Both the position numbers and the translations under genes were made by a program. Below are positions 50,536 through 60,304 of a stretch of 64,000 nt of DNA, piece by piece. Each line of letters opens with the position of its first letter. The stretch's first letter is position 1. The stretch spans positions 62,001 to 126,000 of the forward strand of contig NW_026515683.1 in assembly GCF_025526975.1 (NCBI RefSeq). The letters are read 5' to 3'. This stretch comes from Fimicolochytrium jonesii. Its lineage: Eukaryota. The notes beneath the pieces were generated by a model that worked only from the letters and a program-made list of their open reading frames with translations, searched no databases and was not told where the DNA came from.

Positions 50536-51449
50536 TCACAAGTTTGTTGGCTGTGACGTGTTTGTCCCTTTGCTCATCTCTTTGTTCCCTGCCCCGTACT
50601 CGTCCGTGAACTCTTTCTCCAGCGATTCCTTGCCGCTATGATTCATCGAACGAACATTATTAGCCCCACGCCTCCATCATACGGACACATCGCTCATCGC
50701 AGAACCCACCTCGACTTATCAACCTTGGCATATTTCCTCAACTCCGCAACCAACCCCGACGTCCGCGAGCTGTTGATATAAACGTCCACGCGGCCAGGCG
50801 CGTATTGGAAGCGCGTGTCCTCTATTGCTGCTGCGTCGGCGTTGCTGCTTGTCTTTGCTGCGAGTGCTTTTTGTAGGTCGGATCCTATTGACGGAGGCAA
50901 CGGTGGATGAGAACACGAGTAACGGTGGTTGGATGGCTGGATGGTTAAAATGATACCCCTGCTCGCTCCGCTCGCAACGAGGATGTAGGGTTGGTGTGTG
51001 ATTCGTAATCCAGGCCCAGCCCTCAAGCACTCTCCTCGCTATCGCTCGGAAACCCTCAAGCATTCCTACGGCCCAGCCCTCAACCATTCTCCTCGCTCCG
51101 CTCGGAAACTCAAGCATCCTCCTCGTTGTCGCTAGGATGCTCAAGCAACCCTTCGCTGTCGCTCAGCCACCCACCCTCCCATCGTCATCCTCCCGAATTT
51201 CTCCCCCCTTCAAAATTACCCACCCTTGATCGTATAAATCTCGTTGAGGCCACTCTGAGTCTGTTCCGACTTTGTAACAATATTGAGCTCAACGTTTGCG
51301 TTCGCGGTACTCGCGCTCTTCAACTTATCACGCAATTCGGTCGCGGACAAGCGCGAACTGAAGCGAAGTTGTTGGTGGTGGTGGTGAATGCCGATGGTGG
51401 AGCGGGAAGCTTGGAGGCGGGAGCGGAGGAGGTAGGTTTGTTTGAACAT
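50536..51449 (-). CDS. Small hypothetical protein with a mitochondrial-presequence-like N-terminus; 3 exons, first intron 51223-50885 (339 nt)
   Basis: MFKQTYLLRSRLQASRS... joins in phase to GSDLQKALAAKT..YAPGRVDVYINS..KVDKS and then to a terminal exon GKESLEKEFTDEYG..*. Confidence 0.6.
50960..51166 (-). repeat. Array of five GA-GC-GN(N)A-GC-GA mini-hairpins in ~31-bp CTCAAGCA-led tandem units, intronic
   Basis: Minus-strand hairpins TGC-GAGCGGAGCGA-GCA, TCC-GAGCGATAGCGA-GGA, TCC-GAGCGGAGCGA-GGA, TCC-TAGCGACAACGA-GGA and CT-GAGCGACAGCGA-AG. Confidence 0.85.
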
Positions 51450-51791
51450 GTTGGTATGACTGGAGGTGAGTGGCTGGTAGTGATAGAGGGAGGATGAGTT
51501 GCGAGTTGATTGCGACGATTGTTTGTGGAAGTTGCAGGTTGCAGGGGGGAAAAAGAGATGCGAGGGCGAGAGGGAGGGAGTAAGTTCGTCGGTACGTCAT
51601 GGGCGCGCGCGCGATTACGCAGCGGTTACTCACACCGCATGCTGTTGAGAACATGGGTAAGTATCAATCACAGCGGGTGCGGGGTTCGAATCTCCTCTGG
51701 CCCGCGGTCTTTTCTCCGTCGACGCGTTCGGCTCAGCAGCAGATGGAGTGCACAGCCACCACGCCCATTCACACCCTCACTGACAAGTTTC

Positions 51792-51825
51792 CATCCAGCT
51801 CAGCATCCAGCTCAGCATCCAGCTC
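51792..51825. repeat. 12-bp tandem repeat CATCCAGCTCAG x ~3 (intergenic)
   Basis: catccagctcagcatccagctcagcatccagctc. Confidence 0.85.
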
Positions 51826-51979
51826 TCGATGGTCTCTGGTCTCTCGCAGCTTGCAACCGAGTGCCGTTCAAGCAACAGCTATCCTCCTCGTCGATCGCTA
51901 CTGTAAGCGTAGGCGGGCGGCTTGGGCTTGCACTACAGTCATTATCAGTCTCGGCGAGTCCTCGCAACTTTCCCACGTC

Positions 51980-53002
51980 ATGTCTTTAACGACCGCGCCA
52001 ACCTCACCCCGTCCATCACCCCCAAACTTCCCCCCACCAGAACTCCTCACCCGCATCCTCCTCCACCCCGCCTTCACCCACCCCCCATCGCTGCTCGCCT
52101 GCCTCCTCGTCAACAAACGCTGGTCTACAACCCTCTCCACCCGCGAACGCTGCCTCATCAAACATAACTTCACACACAACCCGCAAGGCCTGCCCCCGCG
52201 CGATGGATTCAACAACAAACGGTGGGGGACGGGCCAGGGTCTGGATGGGGATGCGTACCTGTTCTGGGAAGAGCTGGAGGTGGCCGCTTTGAAGGATGAG
52301 TTTGGCTGGCTGGGATTGATGCAATCGGAGCTGAGGGAAATGGTGGAGACTACTGGCTCCCGAGCCACTCATCCAAACACGGCAAAGAACGAATCGCAGT
52401 GGAAGCAACTCACTGCGGACGTCAATTTGCTCACGGAGCCGTTCAGAGCCCTTAACGTTATCAAATCATACCGCGAGCGGTACGCGCGCGATGCGCGGAA
52501 ATTCTGTTTCCTGCTCCGTGAGGAAGGGGCCATGATCTGCCCTTTGCTTCTCGCCCCCGTGCCTGAGTTAGACTCCGTAACAACCTCAACCACTCAACCG
52601 CTCCTCAAAACGCTCCTGTCTCGTCTGAGGGTATCAGAACACCTCTGTGAGCGCTACACTCTTTGGCGAATCCCCGTTTGGGATGAACAGATCACGAAGG
52701 CGTTCATCCGAAACAAGCGCATTTGGTGCTACGACACAAGCGTCAACAAGCCTCCGGCGCTGTGCACCGATGTGCACGCGATTTCACTTTACAAGGATGT
52801 GTATCAGGCGCTGAAGGATGCGGATGTCGTGGAGCTGATTCATGTGGAGAAGCCTGATCAAATTTTGGAGTACTGGGAGGAAGAGGAGGAAGAGGAGGAA
52901 GAGGAAGAGGATGGGTATCCGTGCTGGTTTACGTTGTGTAGGAGGAGAGAGAAGGGGCGGAGTGTGCTGGGCTGGATGGTGTATGATAATCTCAGTTCGT
53001 AA
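51980..53002 (+). CDS. F-box-like protein, intronless, with an unknown C-terminal domain
   Basis: FPPPELLTRILLH..SLLACLLVNKRW matches an F-box pattern, within a 340-aa ORF from ATG 51980. Confidence 0.65.
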   Translation: MSLTTAPTSPRPSPPNFPPPELLTRILLHPAFTHPPSLLACLLVNKRWSTTLSTRERCLIKHNFTHNPQGLPPRDGFNNKRWGTGQGLDGDAYLFWEELEVAALKDEFGWLGLMQSELREMVETTGSRATHPNTAKNESQWKQLTADVNLLTEPFRALNVIKSYRERYARDARKFCFLLREEGAMICPLLLAPVPELDSVTTSTTQPLLKTLLSRLRVSEHLCERYTLWRIPVWDEQITKAFIRNKRIWCYDTSVNKPPALCTDVHAISLYKDVYQALKDADVVELIHVEKPDQILEYWEEEEEEEEEEEDGYPCWFTLCRRREKGRSVLGWMVYDNLSS

Positions 53003-53146
53003 GGTGGAGAGGCTAGAAATCTATTGATACGTGGCGTGTACAGGGTCTATTCTAGGTTTGGTGTTTTTACATAGGTCTGCTATGCTGTGTGTGTGTGTCG
53101 TGCAGTGGTGTATGTGTAACCTCCCTGATTCGCGTGCGTGCAATGT

Positions 53147-56100
53147 CTATTTCTGTTTCAGCGTGCGCTGCTTCTCCGCGTCCTCCACAATCTTCTTGGC
53201 GACCAACATTCCCTGTAAAGAAAGCGCATGGTCAGCAAACAGATCATATGCGGCATATCAGCAAACAAAACATCCCAATGCGGCATATCAGCAAACAAAA
53301 CATCCCAATGCAAGCACACGCAAAAACCTACCTTCCTCCCCCTCACAAAATCCACATACCGCCTCGCCAAGTTCTCCCGATCACTCTTCTCCCCCAGATC
53401 CTCCAACTCCTCCTCCGTACTCGGCACCCAATCCGGATCCACATCCAAAACCTCAAACCCTCCAAAAACCAACATCGGGGACGCAGCCCCACTCGTGCGT
53501 TTCCTCAACTCATCCGCAAACCCGAACGATTCGACGACGGGGAGGGTCGCGACGACGTTGAAGAAGGGGGTGCCTTCGCGCATCTCTTCAGCGAGGATCC
53601 GCCCGCGACGGCGAGCGAGGACCGCGTAGACTTTGCCGAGCGTGTCTGACGGCGTTTGCAGGTCGCATGTATATGTCGCGAGCATCAATCTTGGGGAGTA
53701 GCTCAAAAACGCGAGACGGAGGGCTTCCCTCAGAGTCGAGATGAGGTTTCCCGACAATAACGTGAGCTGTTGCGGGGTTGGGGGTGTGGGTGGTGCGGGG
53801 AACGTAAGGGATTCGAGGAAGAAACAGAGGCCTTGCATGGGTTCGGCGCAGAGCGGCCCTTGGAAGGTGGCCAGTTGGAAGGCGGTGTGAAGGGAGGATT
53901 CGTAGGCTTTGATGTTAAGTCGTGAAGTATCCCTCGTGGACGTCTCTTCCCTGTCCTCCGCGTCGTCTTGCGTTGACTCAACTCCGTTCTCGTCCCCCAC
54001 ATCCTCCTCCTCGCCACCCATCCTCCCCGCCTTTCCCCGTCCCCTCGCATTCCTCGCCCCCTTACAACTCTCCAGCCACCCCGCCCTCTCATACCCCTTA
54101 ACATCATTCACAAACAAATTCGGTCCCACCCGCTTGGGTCCCAGCGCCCAGATCCGCTCCACGACGCCCGTCCACACCTGCGGGTCTTTGACCTCGCCCT
54201 CTTTGATGGCGTCGTCGAAGGCGGATTGGAGGCCGGTGAGGAAGGTTTCGCCGCGGGATTTGGGTTTTGCTGCAGTTGTTGTTATGGGAGACGAGGAGGA
54301 GGAGGATGATTGGGCATCGTCATCATCGTCGTCGTCGTCGTCGGTTCCTTCAACGATGCTCCGGATGGTTTTCGCGTTGTTTTCGAGGTAGGCTGTTACG
54401 TGGGATGGTAAGGGTACGGCGCGCACGCGGAGGGTGGCGAGTTTGTTCGGGGTGGAGAGGATGATTGTGCCGAGGGGGAGGTTGGCTTTTGCTGTTGCGT
54501 CGTCTGCTGCTTGTGCTGCTGCGGTGTGTTCGTCAACCATATCTGCTCCCGCTTCTGCATCTCCGCTTGTCGTCACGGAGGCAGGATTGACATGCTGCTG
54601 CTGCTGCGTAGGGTTCAGCGCGGGTAATCCTGAAATTGTCTCACGGAATGGTACGATAGGCGGCGAAACCTGAATCTCACACCTCGCGAACCGTTCCCTC
54701 AAATCCTTCAAACACCGCTCCAGATGCAGCTCGCCCGCACACACGATCACATGCTCGCCCGTCTCCTGCAGATACACCTCCACGCACGGGTCCGCCTGGT
54801 TCAACATCCTCAACCCCTCCACAAGCTGGTCCATCTGGTTCGGGTTGACGGGTTCCAGCGCGACGCGGACGATCGGGGCCGCTTCAGCTTTGACGCCGCC
54901 GAAAGAAGGGCAGGTGATGACGGAGCTGAGTGTGCCGGTTTTGAGGACGTGGGAGGCGAGGCCGCCGATGCCGAAGACGTTGCCGGCAGGGACGGAGGTG
55001 AGGGGTTGAAGTTCGCGGCCCATCATGAGGTAGAGGTTTTGGACGGTGATTTCGGTGCGGTGGCGGGTGGGGTCGGCGGGGTTGTATTTGGGACCTAGAA
55101 CGTGGATTTTTTGGCCGACGCGGATTGTGCCGGAGTAGATGCGCGCGAAGCCGATTAGTTGTTCGCCTTCTGGGGCTTCTTCTTGCGAAGAGATTGGTGT
55201 TGAAGCGTCATCCGTGCCAGAGGTGTCCAACACCGCGGGTCCAGACTCAACACCCGCAGCTTTCCTCGCCTCATCCAAATCCACATGTTCGGGCACAGCC
55301 GGAGCGGCGGAGGCTGGTGCAGGCACCTCGCCCGATTTCGCATAAGCCGCGGCGGCCAAAACCGCCTGTTTCTCCAACGCCAGTCTCCTCCGTTCGCGCA
55401 TCTCCTCCGCGGTCAATGGCGCGCGTTTGCTGGAGGGGAGCATGTCGGGTGACACGCTGAACATTTTACTCACGTACGCGACTACGGGAGCCGAGTCGGA
55501 TGCGTCGCATTCGATGAGGGGCTTTTCAAGCTCTTTGAGGGATGCGGACAGCGGACTGGTGTCGTCCTTTTTGCGTTTCGAAAAGAGAATTTTCGGGATC
55601 CGTTCCTTTTGGGCGGTGGCGGGTGACGGGAGCTGCTCTACGACTGTGAGCAGCACTGAAGAGGAGAGCGGTAGCCACTGTCCCATGATCGTCTGTAATA
55701 AGGCGCGGCTGTCTTTAGATTTTAGATCTCTCGGTAACAGCTTGACGTTTAGAGCATTCACAATCTTCTCCACTTTCGCCCTGTCGTTCGTTTCCAAGAC
55801 AGTGGTATAGAGCGTCCAGATGTTTTCGAGGATGAACTGCACAAACATCGGCTTCAGCGCTCGCCCTTTCACGCCCTTGTGGCCAACCACCCGTCTCGTT
55901 TTTGGGTCGAGGAAGTAATCGCCCCATAAACATTTCCGCAACAGCTGCTCCTTAATACCGAGTTTCGCGCTGTAGATTTGTGCAAACTGCTCTATCCGGA
56001 ACGCCCACCCGTCGATCGCGCTGGCGAAAATCACGTTCCCGGCGTCGGGCGAAAAGTACAGCATGGAATCGTCATGGTGTTCGAGCTGCCACTCCGCGCT

Positions 56101-56919
56101 GTCTTCATCCGCTGTGCCGTTCGCCCCATCAGCAGCGCCAGCCTCCTGTGCCCGCTTCTTTGCATACTCCTCATACCGCGCCGCATCCTCCTTCATGACA
56201 TCTTCGGAGTAAAAAGTCCCCATGATCGCATTGACCTGTTCGAGGATCTTGTTGAGATGCGTATACGCTTCGGATGGTGAAAGTTTCAGTTCGGTGATGA
56301 GACGGTCAATCTTGTTTAGGACGAGGATGGGCCGCACGTTCTCTGTCCATGCCTGTCGCAGCACGGTATGTGTTTGCGTGCATACCCCCTCTACTGCGTC
56401 CACGAGAACCAGCCCTCCGTCGCATAAGCGTGATGCGGTGGATACTTCCGATGAAAAGTCGACATGTCCCGGTGAATCGATTAGGTTGATCAGATAGTCG
56501 TCTTTTTGTAATGCCGGGGTACTGGATATCGAGGATGTGCTCTTTGCGGCGGGGAGGTCCTGTTGTTGCTGGGTGTCATTTGACCGACGCAAGATTTGGA
56601 AAAAGAGGGATATTCCCGACGACTTCATGGTGATGCCTCGCTGTTGCTCGTCTTCGCGGGAGTCCAAGTAGCGGACCTTTCCTGAAAGCTTTGCGCTGAT
56701 GATTCCATTTGAGGCCAACAAACTATCGGAGAGTGTCGTTTTACCTGTGGATGAAATTACGAATGAGTGGCACTCAGCTACAAGCTTCTGAATACAATGG
56801 CCGTTCGGTAAAAGAGGTAGAAACTCACCATGGTCAACGTGTGCGAGGATACAGATATTTCTGATCTTGTCTCTGTTTTTCTGCAGCGCTGCGAGTTGCG
56901 CGAGTGTAATGGCAGGCAT
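53147..56919 (-). CDS. RIA1: Ribosome maturation GTPase Efl1/Ria1 (EF-2 paralog); introns 56828-56745 and ~53331-53213
   Basis: [149 protein letters not shown]. Confidence 0.97.
53248..53311. repeat. Perfect 30-bp tandem duplication in the last EFL1 intron
   Basis: atgcggcatatcagcaaacaaaacatccca x2 followed by atgc. Confidence 0.92.
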
Positions 56920-57695
56920 TCTCAGTTGGTGCGCCTTGCTGGGGTGAAAAGGAAGTGCCGAGTGCACTGGAGTGGAAGAGAGGGACGAAACTTAAATATG
57001 ACAATGAGCTGCCTGTGTGTTTGCAGAGCGACGTTGTGGAAAAGTGCGAAGTGGGCCTGCACAAGATTGGGACTTTGGGGACAAGCAAAGAGAAGCAAAG
57101 AGGGAGGCTGCCACGTCTGAGTTTGACATGCGACGTTTGAACCCTTCGGCCAACGCCGATTCTTCCCACGCATTGCAGCACCAGCGAAACCAACAGCACC
57201 TACTCAACCCACCTTTTGCCACTATAACACCGAGTCAGCCAAAGGTCAAGCGCCTGCCGACCTCCCCAAGGACTCGTGGACAGCCCACTCGCCAAGCAAG
57301 CGCTCTGCGATTCTGACGAGGAAAGCGCGGAGTCCAATCCAACGTGACCGTCAGAGTTGGAGGGACAAAGATAAGACCATATCCGACCAGGGGACGAAGA
57401 TAGCCAAGCGAAAGGCTCGCTACAGGACTCAGGAGAGAAACATGCTGCTGTTTTCGGTTGCCGTACACTATCGTCCACCATAAACTACAAACTGCGGTAA
57501 GATGTGGTGAACACGGCCCCATACACCGTTAGTTTCTGCCTTACATGACTGGCGTATCGCGATAAGGCGCACCCTGAGGCGCACCAGAAGCAATTTGACT
57601 TCAAGAAACGATGTCAACAAGTTTATCGATGTTGTTCCTGTCCACGAAAAACACATCCTGCCCATCCTTCTCAACGACTGCATCCGACCTTTCCA

Positions 57696-58340
57696 CTATG
57701 ATGCCCGTCGTTTGCGCTTCGCACCCGCCAGTTGTGACTTGCTTTTGCGTTTAGCTCCTGATATGGCACCCCCATCATCGGAAAGCGACGCCGATGGTCC
57801 TGGCGTCTCCTCTTTCACATCCTCAGATGTCGATGTTGAGTTCTCATACAACTCCTTATGCCTCACCGCCATCCTCACATAATCCTCATCCTCCCTCACA
57901 TCCTTCAATACCACCCCAAATATCCTCGCCGACTCTGCCTTCACCGGATCCTCCACCTCATCCCTCGGCAGCTCCGTCTTCTCCCCATCGCCCGTCTTGA
58001 CATATTTCCTCCCTCCTTTATGGTTTGCATACCGCCTCGCACGCGTGACGCCCATCTGTATGAATTTTCTTGCCATATCCATGCCCACAAAATCGTCCGC
58101 GGCTTTGTAGGCGAGGAATTTGGCGTACAGTTGTTGCGAGGATGTGGTTGCGATGTCGGGGGTTTTGAAGCGCCAGAGGGGAGAGAGTTCGGATCTGTAG
58201 GGCTCGCAAACGAAGACGCCTTGTTCGCCTTTGCCGATAGTGTAAAGATTGGGGGTCTTGCGGAGGTTGAGTGTTGCGTAAGGGAGAGAGTAGTCGAACT
58301 GTTTTGCTTTGGGTTTTGGTGGGGCTTTTGGGCGGGGCAT
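57696..58340 (-). CDS. DUF4385-family protein, intronless
   Basis: YTIGKGEQGVFVCEPYRSELSPLWRFKTPDIA..DFVGMDMARKFIQMGVTRARRYANHKGGRKY..KAESARIF, plus a basic NLS-like tail. Confidence 0.88.
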   Translation of the reverse strand: MPRPKAPPKPKAKQFDYSLPYATLNLRKTPNLYTIGKGEQGVFVCEPYRSELSPLWRFKTPDIATTSSQQLYAKFLAYKAADDFVGMDMARKFIQMGVTRARRYANHKGGRKYVKTGDGEKTELPRDEVEDPVKAESARIFGVVLKDVREDEDYVRMAVRHKELYENSTSTSEDVKEETPGPSASLSDDGGAISGAKRKSKSQLAGAKRKRRAS

Positions 58341-59092
58341 AGTGTCGTATTCTTACGCAGGCTCTGGAAGGCAGGTTGCGCTGGGAAGTGGAACGGTGCG
58401 AGTGAGTTGTGGTCAAAGGGAACGTAGCGTAGCTTTAGTATCGATCTTGCTCTGGCATCCAATAGTGGATGGCTGCAATGGGGAATGGGGTTACAGTGCA
58501 TGTTCCAGCTGTAAGACTTCTGGCCCAGCTTCTGGCGGAGAAACACGCGTATCACGTCACTCTCTCAGATGCGAGGACTCCCAGTCTCAAAACCCACAGC
58601 AGGTTGCTACTTGCATCCTTGAAAGCGAGGACGAGAACGCAGATTTGGAGGATCAACGAGGAGTTAAGGGTGCGGCGGAGGAGTAGCGGGGCTCTTTGAG
58701 AGCAGCGCGTTCGACTCGTTCCTCTCCGGGCACTCCCCTTCCCTTCAACGCGAACGGGATCTACTTCTCTTCACTTTCGACGCACGCCAATCTCATCAGT
58801 GTCTCAATCATATCGGAAGAGCATCCGCCCAGCTCGTGATAGGCTTTCAGTTCAAGTTAGCCGGGATGTCTCTTCTCATCCTCCCGCTGGGCAACGTATG
58901 CATTGCGTCGTTCGCTCATCGAACTCATTTCTCGCAGGCACACTTCGGATATTGAACTCTGAAGCGCACTGGCAGTTTGCTGCAGAAGGACTCGTCGACG
59001 GATTCACGCAGACGAGACGCTATGATCTGACCAGTCTCGTCAAGTACGAGCGACGCTTCCGAGAAGGACGAGACTGACTTGTCTTCAACAAC

Positions 59093-59309
59093 GCCCTTTG
59101 GCACTGGCCCTATGGAAACTGGCCCTACCTCACTAACTCGCCCCTGTGGTCCTGGCCCTATGGTACCCACCAACTAACCCTTTGGCAAACTGGTCCTTTG
59201 GCTCACTTGCCCTTGGCTCACTTGCCTTTGGCAAAACATGCCCTTTGGCTCATCTTTGGCCACTTGCCCTTGGGCATTCGCCCTTTGGCTCTGGTTCTTT
59301 GGTAGTACT
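59093..59309. repeat. Degenerate ~15-bp tandem array (GCCCTTTGGNNNACT), ~14 copies; possible transposon subterminal relic
   Basis: gccctttggcact|ggccctatggaaact|...|aaccctttggcaaact|ggtcctttggctcact|tgcccttggctcact|tgcctttggcaaaaca|tgccctttggctcat|... Confidence 0.85.
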
Positions 59310-60304
59310 AGCAACACATTCGATCTCAGCGTCGGCAACGAAGCCATTACCGATGCGAAGTAATAATCTTGATATTTTCGACAGAAGCAAAACTCCCCGG
59401 TGATCAAAGCGACCATATAAGGCGACCATATACCACAGCATGTAGCTCGTCGGCGATCCTCATCGTGTCGCATGATGGGAGGGTTTGGGTTGGATATCAA
59501 GGGCGGGTGGATGGGATATTGGAACCCGGATGGATATTCATGGACGCGATGGGCCCAGACCATTGTAGCCTCGTTTGGCGCACCTTTAGTACAGTAGAAT
59601 GGATTTGAGCACTTGGAAGGCATCAAAGGAATGTGAATAAATACTCTTTCCGAGTGTACTACTGTACAATTCATGGATGTATCCGGCCTGAATAATATGC
59701 GGTTTAGCGCGAGTCTCTGTCGTGAATCGTACTTGTTTGCGACGGGGGAATGATATGTACGCATGCATGATTGTGCTCCATCGTTAACCGACCTACAGTA
59801 TATCGCTAGACTGAACTATCTAGTTGTGGGATTCTGAGCTTTCCTACTCACGCCTAAAAACGATGAGATGCACGAGGATGTTTTTTTTTCTTTGAAAAAG
59901 AATGAGCATTCTCTATATATCTACGTACATGTTTGTTGGAAAGCCCAAGTATTGACCAGACGAAAATTGACCCAGGTCGACAATCTTCCTCATCTTCCGT
60001 CCTCCCAGCTACAGCTAAGCTCCTCCCGTCCTCCCTCTTTACTAGCTACATCTACGGCGTCCGGACGTGGACCCTGGAAAACATATCAGACCCCACTCGG
60101 GCCAATAACCAGGGAGACGGGCGATGATGGCTGGTGGGATCACAGACAGTCTTGCCTGGTTCCTGCGAGTCGAGTCCCACCCAGAGGTCAAATGAGATAT
60201 GCCCACCGGGAACAGTCGGGAAGGGAGGAAACCGTGGTATCTGTGCTGGGTCGGTGGTATTTCCAGTATCGAGATGTGCGGTGTTGCCTTTCGCAACGCC
60301 CTGA

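Noticed and set aside
51670..51710. GGGGTTCGAATCTCC resembling a tRNA T-arm/B-box
   Set aside because: There is no A-box/D-arm, anticodon arm or 7-bp acceptor stem upstream. At most it is an isolated B-box-like word.
6725..56828. Several stop-free 3n introns (6805-6725, 7533-7435, 10393-10313, 19362-19427, 35237-35308, 41658-41714, 56828-56745) as regulated retention or weak NMD
   Set aside because: The count is roughly what chance would give among dozens of short introns. The EFL1 one splits the P-loop and must be spliced.
53147..56919. Elongation factor 2
   Set aside because: Diagnostic motifs ([47 protein letters not shown]) and the domain II insertion indicate Efl1/Ria1.
58677..58730. 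tRNA-like fold (GCTCTTTGAGAGC hairpin plus GTTCGACTC)
   Set aside because: It lacks a D-arm, the stems are too short and the T-stem is mismatched.
59093..59309. CRISPR-like repeat/spacer array
   Set aside because: Units are ~15 bp and degenerate, spacers are far too short, the context is eukaryotic, and there are no cas genes.
59174..59764. 196-aa minus-strand ORF as a transposase fragment
   Set aside because: No DDE, HUH or RT motifs, and it is kept open partly by the repeat array.
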